A stretch of 64,000 nucleotides of DNA from Pocillopora damicornis (Eukaryota): assembly GCF_003704095.1 (NCBI RefSeq), contig NW_020845647.1, positions 682,001 through 746,000 on the forward strand, given 5' to 3'. The notes below the pieces were generated by a model. That model was not told where the DNA came from, ran no database searches, and saw only the letters and a list, made by a program, of their open reading frames with translations. A program made the translations under genes and the position numbers. Positions 35,047 through 47,639 of the stretch are shown piece by piece. The stretch's first letter is position 1. Each line of letters begins with the position of its first letter.

Positions 35047-36514
35047 TATATAGTATCTTGTCTTTGTTATTGAAGCGATATTTGATGTTGCTAAGAGAAA
35101 GTAAAACTCATCAAAGATTTGTCTTGGGCTGATCATTCGCCAAAACGTGCACCAAGATTTTTCAAAGCTTCGTGGGAACATTTACTGACGATCAGTAAAC
35201 TAAACTGAAGCGCTCGATCTCGACAAACTATATATGAACAGTTCATTGTCTTGTTCCATCCGTGCGAACTTGTTTCCTTTCAGTAAATTCTACACCTGAA
35301 AATTTATACGTGACAATCATATCTGAACACATTATCAGAGTGGCATACTTAGCAATTAATGTGCATCATTATAAAAGGATATATGGACAATCGATAACTG
35401 TCGAGGATCCAAGGCCAATTTCTTATGAGAGCACTCATGGTGCTGTTGCCTAGTGACAAAAGATGATATCGAGGAATCCGTTCTCCAAGTACCGGTGCAA
35501 CAACATATATCGAATAATTTATGAGAATCGCAGATCATACGAGCTCATCGGCGCGCGCGGGGTCCAATCTTAAATTCGAATACATCTGCCTGAAGATATG
35601 AATAATATAAAATCTTTCCTTCTTCGAGAGAATGAAAACTGGCCGTACAGAGTTCTGCCAATAAATGCTTGACACTAACCTCGACTCACAGAAAAGTACA
35701 AACGCTATAGTTGCTCCACCCTACACGTGACAGAACACAAATCCTGTGATCGATCAGTTTTTAGTGTAACTATTGGATATTGCTTACAATAAAACATACG
35801 TGTCGCTAAGCAAAGGCAGAGTGTTTTGATTAAAGGTATCAAAGGATATTATACTGCTTTAAACTTCTTTAGAACTGAGCTGATGTTATCAGGCCTTTGT
35901 TATTTCCGTTAGTTAATTAATTCCTGTTTGAGAGCTCACCCGAATGACATTGTAAAGAGATAGCTCTTCAGAAAGGTACTGATTAAGTGTATTTTTCCGC
36001 TTCGCATTTTTAAACCATGTCAGGCATGATAGCCAAAAAATCATTAGAAGCCGTGAACTCCAAGTGAAACCTTCAAATGTGTCTCAAGACTCGGCTCCGC
36101 AAAGCAAAAGGATGTGTCTGAGTGATCGAGTGAAAACTGTTTTTTCGTTTTGTATCTGATTGTTTAAAAGTTTGGTGCGATATTTCTCAGTTGACCCATC
36201 GTTGAGAGAAATGAATCGAAACTACCAGAGCCCTGAATTTCTTTACTGAGATACCTGTTTGAAAATTTCTCTGTTACCTACTTCCATGCACAAACCCCAT
36301 AGGTGATTCGTAAATGGATTCAAACTTAGAGCTGCTGCCTCTTCGGTGGGCAGGACATGATACTTAATAACAAAGAGATACTTAAGCAATTGCTAAATTT
36401 TTTAACGATAGTTTTAAAGCGGTTTACTATCCAAAGGCGCTTAGACGTGGTGAAACCTTTTGAAACATTTTATTCATTTTCTCTATCTGTGGCCGTTGGC
36501 CGGGGATAAACTTG

Positions 36515-38721
36515 TTAAAGAAGAGGAATGTTTGTTCCACTATCACGAAAGAAATCTCGTTTAACAGTTGCCACTCGGACGTGTCTCCGAGAAGGAATCT
36601 CGAGAGGAGGGCGGTGTCCATACAGAGAAGAACTGAGGACTGGAACGGACTTTGTTTGTTCCTGGGGAAAGATCCAGTTAGAAAACTAGTTAAGCTGACA
36701 CTAAATTGCTTTCTAGCATGCTCTGCAATGTGGGACGCAAGTTATGCTTCGGTTGAGCTGGGAAAATTCCGAGGAGAATAATGTCGTACAATGAACGATC
36801 GGAAAATGTGAAACATATGATGAAGTAATTTTATAGCGCCATATCCAAGAACTCTTAGCGCTTTGTAACATTTTGCTAGGTACTTTGATCACCTTGCATT
36901 GTGCTTTTTGAGAAAAATTTGCAGATGTCCCAAATTTCGGAAACAAGGTCAGACCACAACACCGGGAGCTACGTTCCCTATTGTTTGAGATTCTAACCGT
37001 GTGGCTTCTTGAATGTCCCCTGCTGATGACCAGTACGGAAAAGTTGCAGACGACGGAACCTACGGTTTTATCGTCGTTGACGAAAAGACGAGAACGTCTA
37101 ACTATATGCAGACGTCATAGCAAAGGCAGCACTTTTCGGTTCCACCGTTAGCTGTAGCTGAGATCCTGAGTGTTGGTGAAGTCTGAGGCTTTAGCCCCCG
37201 ATCCCAATCTCTCTCCAACCTGAGCTAACCAGACGGTTACGACGAACGTTTTGGGGAAATTATGTCATAGAGATTGGTGAATTTTGTATTCTGAGAAAAT
37301 TGTTTAAAACTTTGGTCAAAAATCTCTTTACCTCAGAATTAACATTGAGTCCTCGAGTATGTTCTCTGTCGTCCCGGTGAAGCTTACTGCAATAACCTGC
37401 CTTTATATGAAATGTTCTGTCGTAAGTTGATATCCTGTCATGCTAAGGAAGAAAGGGCATTTGAGACTGGTATGGGAGGGAAACTTAACGCAACATAACT
37501 AAACACAAATCACTTTGGTTTTATCATCTTAGTAAATCTATTAATATGTAAATTGCCATCGTTAAGGTTTCTAAAGATGACGTTTCGAATATAAGTCCTT
37601 CGTTAGAGCGAATGACTGACTAATATCTACCGACAACCTGTCTCAGTCAAGGGCAACTTGCAGTAAGGTATCCTCGGTCTAATCGTGTAGCCTTATCGTG
37701 CAGGTCATAGAGAGTCCCAAAAATGACCGTTATTGGTGACAGTTACCAGCGCTTCGACAACCTTAGCGGAAGTCATTATCAGAATCAAGTGAAGAGTTGT
37801 TTTGTCAGTTGCTTTCTGTACTTAACTTCATACCTTTTGTTTGAAGGATTTGCTAAAGCGAAGCTGAAGAGGTTTGAACCAGGAACACTCAATCATTTGT
37901 TCTTACCCATGTGACTCATTAAATAATGATATAATGTTATTTTACACTCAAAAAATAAACTGCTTCTGATGGTTGACTGATGAATAATGCCCAAATCAAG
38001 GCTAGTGAAGTGTAACACCATCGTTTTCTAAGGGAACTTCTTCAAAACATCTCATTCATTGTCTATCAAGTGTGTTAAAGGCGTCCGAAAGACTAACAAG
38101 ACTAATACCCCATTCATACCAAAGCTTAAACATTTTTAATTTTTTTTTCTTCGTAGAAACTACTGAACCTAATATTTTTTACTTAAATGTGGCACATTAT
38201 ACATGCAAGATTGCAGGTACTTGAATCCTATGGAAAATTAAGTTTTTCAGTTCTCTGTTTATGATTTTCATTCAGTAAAAACCAGTTTAACAAACCATGT
38301 TTTGCTGGTGTGAATAGGGTATAAGAAGGCTAATAAATTAGAACATTTCCATCTCAACAGGACTGATCTGTAGAGTCACAGCGTGGAAGGATCTCAGGTA
38401 CTAACCTTTTTGTTTGTGTTGAAGTAGTTTAATGGAACATCTGAACATATATGTCTTGCAAAATTTGTTTTCCAGGCCTTGGAAAGTGCCTCACTGCATT
38501 TCGACGTTAGAAGATGCGAGTCTGAAAGGCGTTTTTCTCCCTGAATTGAAAACGAAATGAAACAGTTTCGTAAGCAGAAAATGTTAGTCATATCCAAAGA
38601 AACTTCCCTGAACGTGTGTTACCCTCATGCTCTCTCGCCATTGTTCCTTGGTTTGTTCAGGAGTGTAAGTTTTCAGTCCATAGTTAGACCTCAGACAGCC
38701 TTTTGCTCGCGATTGGTCCAT
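36515..38721 (-). CDS. CFAP90: Cilia- and flagella-associated protein 90 (C5orf49 family), about 163 aa, 4 coding exons
   Basis: Exons 38721-38623, 38540-38406, 37442-37332, 36661-36515; all phase 0, GT-AG. [42 protein letters not shown] and HVRVATVKRDFFR match human C5orf49 ([32 protein letters not shown]). The start codon is less certain. Confidence 0.85.
36945..37238 (-). mobile_element. tRNA-derived SINE in a CFAP90 intron
   Basis: The right end reads ccgtctggttagctcaggttggagag on the minus strand (tRNA A-box-like head). The body ggaacctacggttttatcgtc...caaaggcagcacttt is recalled as a cnidarian SINE body. Confidence 0.6.
37560..37810 (-). mobile_element. Degenerate Penelope-derived element carrying two decayed hammerhead-like motifs
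   Basis: Minus strand has ctctaacgaaggacttatattcgaaacgtc (33868 family) and ctgataatgacttccgctaaggttgtcgaagcg (21605 family), about 170 bp apart. Confidence 0.5.
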
Positions 38722-39240
38722 GACACATGCAAGACTTTGGATAAAACACAGCAAAATTAAGCAAACCCTTTGATGACTGTTTTTGTTTGTGACGCTTATA
38801 ATTGCGTATAGCGCGCGCGTTGAAATGTTTTTATCGCCCATGGCCAAATGAGGAGAGCTGGGACATGCGCACTCACTGCTATTAACGGGGATGAAAAATG
38901 CCTATTGCTCAAATAATGAAAATATAGAGAAACAGAAGGCGTTTTAAAACAAAGGAGGGGAGATCAAATAATTTTAAAATGAAGAAATGGCCATATTGTT
39001 GCGTGGTCTGAGTGAAAGCAAGTTTGCTCCAACCCTCTTTAAAATAAAGCCAGGGAAAACAGGTTTAAGAAGTCCTTTAAAGCAACGAAGTCTATTTCAT
39101 TTAATTCCATTTAATGCCATTTTAATTCAGTACTGAAAGGACTTTCCTTAACGCACCTATAAGCAACGCGGCATGTCCTGGAGATGAGCCTGATATCTTA
39201 GTACAACTCGGAGAGATTGGTAACTAAGCTAAAATCCAAC

Positions 39241-41421
39241 ATGGCGGCCGAAGTTCCACAACAACCGGTGAAAAAAACTTTATCAAAAAATCTCATGGAA
39301 ATGAAGGTAATGCATCCTTAAATACCTCAAGGTGTCTGTGAGATGTTTAAATTTATTTCTACTCTCTGTTTCATTATATTTAGTTCATGAAAAGGAAAGC
39401 AGAAACAGACTATCGTCGCCAGCTCGAAGAAGAACGACAGCGTGCCATCGAAGAATCACATTGGGTGCTGAATGGACAAGAACAAGAAGATAGGTTAGGA
39501 TTGAATATCGAATAGAGGAAAGAGATTTTCCATTTCTGAATTTTTCGTAAGGATGTCAAAGGCTGCTGTTTTGTGCTGAGTTGGCAATGGGTAGTCTCCT
39601 CCGCAACCGTTGTTTGGTCTGGATCTCAGTCGCAACGCGCTTTCTCCCTCACTAGATGATAGGTTGACACCCCTGTGGCTACTTCAAATTAAACCACGAA
39701 CTCCTGTGAATGATGAAAATGTGCCATCTCCTCAAAAATTCAATACACTAATCAATGATAAGGCGACGAGAATAGTCAAAATTATCGGTTGGTGGATATA
39801 AATTTCATCATTTGTTCATTCTCCTATCTAATTTACAAATAAATGTATAGCAGCTTTATAGGAGAATTACTGAATCGATCTTGGAACCCAAAGGTGCCTC
39901 TGAGCAAGATGTCATAGTTGACTCGAGCTGCACATTTAGTTATGAATTGCTGGCTCTCTAGAGAACCTGCTTAGGAATGAGCATTGTTTTAGGAAAATTG
40001 TAATGATAATTATTTTGATGGAAAGGGGTGGTATTGAGACATTTTGTTAATAACAATATTTCAATTGTCAATTCTAGTCATATTGTATTACTTTTTTAGC
40101 AAACTAACATCATCAGTAACTTATTGGCCAATTAAGAGTTTCTAGCAGAAGAGAAGTTTTCATCAACTTACTTTTGATGAACCCAAGTGTTTTACACTAT
40201 TTAAATTTACCATGAAAATTTGAATTTTTTTTCAGAAGTTGCATTGAATTTGAACCAAGTTATGTACACTGTGAAGAACTTTACCCAAATGGAAGGATGT
40301 CTTTTAAAAACTTTAACCCAACAGTTGAAGTGAGTCTCTTCCATATCTATATTTTTTTGTCAAGATGAGGAAATAGTACTCCAGATACAAAATTCAAACC
40401 TTATGTCGAAGTATTTAGCTCATTAGTCCCTATTTCCTTTGAAGAAGATGCAAGCTGTAAATTGTTGACAATGGTGAATACCTGGGAGAAAGATGTCCTC
40501 ACTTACAAGCTAATTAAAGTTCAGTTGTTATGCAAGAAACAGTCATTCACAAAGATCTCTTTGTCAACTCAATAATTTGGAGAAAACAATTGAGGTCATT
40601 TAGTGATATAGATATTCAATGAAGTTGAGAGAGGTCACCAGACAGATAACATCAGCTGGATTTTGTGGACATTTACCTTAGTTTGCTTTTTAAATTGAGG
40701 CTCTAACCATCTTGATTTTAATAAATTTTGATAGGATTGGACTTGGGCTTCTGATTGATTTGCATGAGTTTCCCTCTTTGCAAAATAAAAGAAGAATAAG
40801 AAGACTGCAGATCTCTTCATGGATAAACAATAAAAAATTGTCACAAACAATGAAATATAGATTGCAAATTCTGCCAACAGAAAATGTTTAAAGAAATGAT
40901 AGCTGAAGAAGATTTAGCACAATCAGAGGCAAGAGAAAGGGAAGAAACTGTCTCTGATGAGGAGATGGCTCAAAGGTAATTACTGCTCTTATCACAATTT
41001 TTTTTACAAGTATTTTGGTTGCCCTAAAGTAATTTCACTTTACATGTTTGAAAAGTGAAAGATAATAGAAGACTTTACAGTTAATTGTAATCTTGATGAT
41101 CGTTTAATAATAATTATTTGTTTGTAATAATTTCATTTGAGAGATGCCTGTAAAGTAGCAGTAGTAGCTAATAAGTTTACCTTCAACATCAGAGGTGACA
41201 ATCACTCACTCCTAAATGGGATGCTACCTGAATTAGCCATCTGTCTTTGTTGTTGTTGCTGTTTTTTTAACAGATATGAAAACCTTGTGGGAACAGTAGC
41301 CAAGAAATTCACAACAAAAAGGAAAAGATCATCAATTGGCACAACTTGTGAACCTGACAGTCCATGTTCAAACCAACCATCAAAGAAAATGAAACATGGA
41401 TTTATGAAACCCAGAGACTAA
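39241..41421 (+). CDS. MPHOSPH6: M-phase phosphoprotein 6 (exosome cofactor MPP6), 170 aa, 5 exons
   Basis: Exons 39241-39306, 39384-39493, 40236-40329, 40881-40975, 41274-41421. Motifs LSKNLMEMKFMKR, EESHW, GRMSFKNFNPTVEK, VSDEEMAQRYENLVGT..KKF and FMKPRD. Confidence 0.95.
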
Positions 41422-44160
41422 AAAAAAAGTTGACGATAAAAGTATTGTTCACTAGTTAGCCTGCTTGTTGGACAGTTTCAGTTCCCTGTTCTTCAATCTC
41501 AGTCAGTGTTGGTCTGTTCAATTATCAGTTTAGGTACTAGTGTATTATCTATACAAGTTTTTACAAGTATAATTATTAGTTTGAAAGAATTATTAGCGGA
41601 ACAAGAAAGTGCTATGAGATCTTGGGTTGGCATTGTTTTGTTAATTACTGAGATTAATGGATAGCAGATAACATTCTTATTTATTATAAAATGAAATAGT
41701 TTAAGCCTTGTTTATAAATATTGTCTACATAGTTTTCTTTTAAACTGACAATTTTTGATCTGACATATAGATTAATAGTGGTGAAATAAGCAGTGACACC
41801 ACACAAGAACATTTGTGTCTGTATAAGGCAAGAATTTTAATCAATGTTGTAAGGGTTGAATGTGGGGCATTGAGCACTATAGGGTTTCATATATCTTATA
41901 AATAAAATCTTGACAAAGTGGTAAGAGGCTTTCAAGTGAAAGTACACCATTGATAAACAGATTTTAGTTGAACTCCTAAATTTAGAGCATGAACAAGAAA
42001 AGTCTCCAAAAGCATTTTTTTTGTTCCATACATCTACTTAAAAGTCAATTGATTTGAAGAAAGAAAGGAAACTAGTGTGTCGTAGTATTCAAATATTGGA
42101 AGTTTTTCAAGCAAAGAAATACATTTTTTATAGTATCCATTAAAGCTGGGTGATGGTTTGTATGAAGAATGATGAGCTCCATTTTGCTTTCAGTGAGATT
42201 TTAATAGTCTTCCTCTATACCTTCTCATAAGTACCCTAATCTAAGAAGAAGTGAATGTCAATGATTTTAAATTAAGCAGAGTGTTATCAGTTGGACAAAG
42301 TGCTTTCCTCAAATGAGGTTCTCACAAACCTTAAGGGAAGACACAATTGATCATGGAGGAGACCAAGATAAGCTAAATGGCAATTTGCAGCAACACTGGG
42401 TTTGATTTGGTTTGTTTAGTCATTGACTATGATTTGTCTCTGCAACATGATGCATGGACCAGTTTCTGCAATTTGCAACCAAATGGTCATTGCCCTATAG
42501 CTCTCATGTCTTTAAATTAACACAAGTAGGTACAAGCATTACTCAATTTTCATGTACTGTGATTTTTATTACTCTCTTCTGTACAGTCAATGAAGAAGGA
42601 ATTTTGGCTAAATTTGTACTTGAAATCATCTGACTGAGAAGATAATGGTCATATTCTCTGAACTGAGTAAAATAATATCGAAATAGTACTAAAAATGAAG
42701 ATATTAGATTATTAAATAAATTTTCACATAATAACAAAAAAAGTCAAAACACTCTCTGATCAAATTTAATCTCCAACCAGTGTTCTCCAGAGATTTTTTC
42801 TTTTTTTTTTTTTTTTAAAAAAATACCAGACAAACAAATACATTAAAAAAACCAAGCTAGCAGGAAGAATTATTTTCCTGATCACAACAGTTAGCTGCAG
42901 CCTCAGAAGGAAGTAGCCAAGGAAAATCCTGGCCACTTGTGGTTCTGAAGAACACTGCTTTAGCCAGACACTGTAAATTGCAGAGAAACTTGAAACTGTT
43001 ACAAAGCCAGAAAACCATTATTGATAGCTGTTCCAAGATGAAAGGAATCCAGATTAAGTATTAATTTGAAAATAGGCTAAATATATTTATTTTCTAATAA
43101 AATCTGCCTTCAGACAAGGCCCACTGAAGAATAGAATAATTTGAAGCCCTAGATTAAATAAATATGCCTGGTAAATGCATGGGTTCAGGCACCTGAATTG
43201 TTAAAATAATTAACATCCCAATAAAATCCCAACCAATCTAGCAATACCATTAATTTCAAAATTCTTAAATAAACAAGGAAAGTTAATCACCTCTGACCCA
43301 CTTGAAACCCACTTGCAGTTTATTGGGAATACTTTATCAGAAACAGAATTGCCTATTAACTTGCCATTAAAACGTACAGTAACAAGTGCAAAGGATTGTT
43401 ACTTTGGTCTTAAGCTTTGATGGGAAGACTGGTGCTGTTTGTAGCAAATACTTATCATGTTCCTCTCTTAAAAAAAATATTTCTTAAATTGATCTACCTA
43501 ACAATTTTGCACAATCTAATGAATATGCCAAGTTGTTTGCAGTCTACGAGACCAGGGAAAGCCTAATCTGAGAGGAAATCTCTCGTTTTTTAAATGCTTG
43601 TATGTGCATTTTTAATGAGTACTGTACTGCAATTTGCAATTATCACCTTTTCCTCTAATTTTTGGTTTAAATATAAGACTTCATTAAAACGTCCTCTTTC
43701 CACCATTACATAAAATACAAATGACCTTAATTTGCTGTACCCCCACATCTGGATGTTTCCAACTTATGGAAACAAGAAGTCACAGATTTACAAGAGTACT
43801 CTTTATCACCTTTATTGCCTCTGAGCTAATATCAGAAACATTAAGGATGGCAAAAAGTTTGAAATCTCTGATCATCCCAAATCATCCTAAACATACACTG
43901 TAAGCCTAATAACAGAAAACTAAACCAAGTGTAGCCGATTTTTTGAGTAAAAATGATTTAAAACAAGATGACCTTGTATTTTACTTTGTATGAACACTGT
44001 GATAATAAACCAGTGTTTGGAACAAAGGCAAATCAATCGAAATTAAAAACCAAATAAAAATAGTTTAATTAAAACCATTTTGACCTAGAATTAGTTTCAA
44101 ACAACAACATAATCATCCACAAGGAAATAAAAAATACAAATGATAGTTCATGAACAATAG

Positions 44161-46382
44161 CTATGGAGTTTGGGCTCCTTTGGCAATTTCATTGACTGCA
44201 GTTAACACAGCTGATGCAGATTTTGACCTCTTGTGGCCTTTTTTAGCTGTTTTGTGATCAATGAACTCTTTCTCTTCCAGCTGTGCCTCTAAGTCAAAAT
44301 CTATTTTAAAATTCTTTTCTTCTGGAATCAGTTGAAATTCTTCTGGTACAGCCACTATTATATGACCATTAGCAAGAACTTCAGGCTCTGTCTCATCGCA
44401 AGTTCTATTCAATTCCCTTCTTGCTCGGCGTATAACATACGTCATTAAAAGTATACTAATGATGAATTGAACAAACAGGATAATGTATCCTCCAGATTGC
44501 TCTTCAACCAGATCTTCCAAAGAACGAAATGTAGATCCCATGTATGAATTCAGTGCTTGTGTAGGAAGAAGTCCAATTGTAGATGCAATTACATATTTAG
44601 CTGTACTAACATTAGTTACCTGTGGGATGAAGGAAAACACAATTATGATTAATAAACATAATTAGGATGAAACCCTAGATTTTTCTTGTTCTTAACATAT
44701 GATCATATTTTCATAACAAACAAAGAAACTATTATTAACAAAATTTATGCATTTTTTATAGAAGAGAAAGTTTTGAAAGTTGAACTCAAACATTCAATCT
44801 CTGTTTAAAAATTAAAAAAAAAACAAAAAAAACAAAGTATCACCAGCCAGAAGTTATCACATCATACAGTACATTGGTTTACTAAGGCTTGTTGCTGATT
44901 CCTACACTACTTAGAAAGTTGAAAAAAGGTCAAAAGTATTGTTTTTCTACTCTAGAATCATAATTAAATAGAAAATAACTAATAATCACTCCCTTTTCTC
45001 AGAGCTTAACAAAATTAAAAACGTTAAATAGTGGGATCAGAAAATATCATTTGCCTCGATGTAATTTGGCACATCCAAAAATTTGCATTTCAAGAGAGAT
45101 TAGATACAGTGTATTAGGGTTTCAAGAGGGCCAAAACAGTGTCATAAATATGGGCTAATAAGAAGGCACTGTCTCTATTTAAGAGGTACCAAAATGCTTC
45201 CATTTGTCCATATCTATTACACTGGTTTCTCCTCCTTGAGAGCCTTACTGACGTGACATAGCCCCCAATAACTTTTTCATATTTTAGAGCTAGTGAAGGT
45301 CGGTGGGAAAAAAATTAAATGACATATCCCCAATTTATAAACTTTTTAAGCTACGATTACAGTCTTTGCCATCTGCTTTATGCAAAAATCAATACTTTAT
45401 TTCTAATGGTGATGAAAGGAGGTAAATATATAATTTACATCAAATGACTAAGACTTTGAAATTGCCAGAAAGAAGTATTTATCATGCTATGAACGGACAT
45501 GCTAAGGACGCCTCTCGGCTTTACATAATTCTGAATTCATGCCAAGAACATGCGATAACTAAAATATAACTGTAAAACAACCTGACGATGCCAGCAAAAG
45601 GTTACTCAAAACCCCTCCCATTGAAAAGTTATCAACGCCTACATGAGTAAGGAGTAGTGTTTGAATAGTTTATACAGAGACATTAACATAAGAAGCAGAT
45701 GGACGCCACAGAAAGTTGAGAAAGCTCTCGAGTCGAAAAAGGTGTTTACTCACAATCACCAACGGATACAAGGAGAAAGACAACCTTACGATTGATCATG
45801 TGATAGCAAAAAATACTGCTGATTACTTACCGAAAACAATCCATTTTGCAGTCCAAAGGGTACCGGTGTAAGCCGAGTTAATGCAATGACTTTGATACCA
45901 CGTTTGCCCTCCACAACACGCATAATAGCTTTTAAACTATCCGACTCCAATTTTGAGCGTACGAAATCTCGTAAATATCGTCTACAAACAATGAATGCAA
46001 TTGATAAACCACACAGTACGGAAAATATAACGACGATAAATCCAAGCACAAATCCATACAAATAACCCGCTGCTACGTTAAGAAAGATGTAACCCCATGT
46101 CATTGGGAAAGAAACAACCGTAAACATGATTACAAACAACAGAATCCCTTGCCATTCATCCAAATTCTGTAGCGCTTCCAAAACGTCTTTGATGTATCGG
46201 CGACACAAAATAACCAAGACTAGTCCAATGATTAGGAAGATTAGAGCTGTACCAGAGATCTGATAGCATCTGGGTTGTGTTCGTTTGCTAACAACTTGGT
46301 CAAACTTTGTTGTTTCGCCGAGACACTTTTGCGCGCTCGACTGAATTTGTTCTGTGCACTTTTGCCCATATTTGAACACCAT
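44161..46382 (-). CDS. TMEM64: Transmembrane protein 64 (DedA/VTT family), 336 aa, 2 exons
   Basis: Exons 46382-45831 and 44619-44161. Motifs [45 protein letters not shown] and GLLPTQALNSYMGST. Confidence 0.93.
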
Positions 46383-47639
46383 TTTTCGACCAACCTAACC
46401 CAACTCGTAAGGTCAGTCGATAATCTGTGAAAATAAGGACGATCAGTACATTTCGCTGTTGTGTAAGACCGAAAACCACCACAAAAAGCGTGACTTCCTG
46501 TGAAATCAATCCATGGTAATATAATATACTTCGCTAACGCCCAGTGTCGACTGTGTCCGAATGTCAAAGTATTGAGTAAGCTTTTCTTGTCAGCGGACTC
46601 TTCATCGCTTTGTAACCAAGCCTTTTATTTCTGTTGGGGTCATAGTTTTTCTAAGAAGAAGGCGCACAAAAAAATATATTGTGTCAGGTTGGAGTATTAC
46701 AAATTTCGTCCGCATTATTTCAAATGATTATATAGATCTCGTTACTCACCCACTACTAAGCTTTCGAAGACGAACCTGATTACTTACAAACTCAATCGCT
46801 TCGAAGTGCTTGGTAGCCAAGCTTTATCACTGTTTCCCTTGGGGTATTCTTCACCGTGTATCACACAGCGGTAATCAGACTTTTTCTCACAGGTATGAAT
46901 GAAGTTGATGATATTACTCTTGAATGGGGTATTTTTCTTGTGCTATTGATGAATAGAAGTGTATATTTTGTTTTGTTTTTTGTAACCTTGGACCCTCAGC
47001 TCATTGGTCCATGGCTCATGTTGCCCTCTGTGTTGCCACCCTCAAACTGAAAATTTCCTTACAACATCATGTATATGATATAAAACTTAAAGGAGATCAT
47101 CATGCATAATTTCTTTGCAGCATTGTTGAAATTTCTTGTAAAATAGGTAAATCTCATACATCATCACTATTTATATGAAGTAAGTTATTCTGATGAACAT
47201 TTGTGTATACTCTGTTCACATGAAATATGATATAAGGCATACAGTATTATGTTTAGACTCAGAAGACAGTAAACACTTTGATTTGATACTGACAAATACA
47301 TTTTGTAGCGACCAATCCCAAATAAGTTCAGGACATGCAATCAAACCTCAAAACCACAAATTAATTACCTACAGCTGTTTGTTATTTATTTTATCTGCTC
47401 GATAGGCCTTATCTGAAAATCACAGTAAAATTTCATTAACATTTCAGGTGTCCAGGTTTTTCTGAGTTTCACAATAAACCTATGATAGTATGAGTTTCTC
47501 CCAACTCAGTGGTAGTATATCCAGCATGGTGTAATTACATGGCACTGATTTCTCTTGTTATTGTTTTTTTTATTATTATTTTATCTCTTGTAAAGCGTCA
47601 CTTCTGTCTGTGAGGAAAGAGGCTAATGGTTATAAATAC

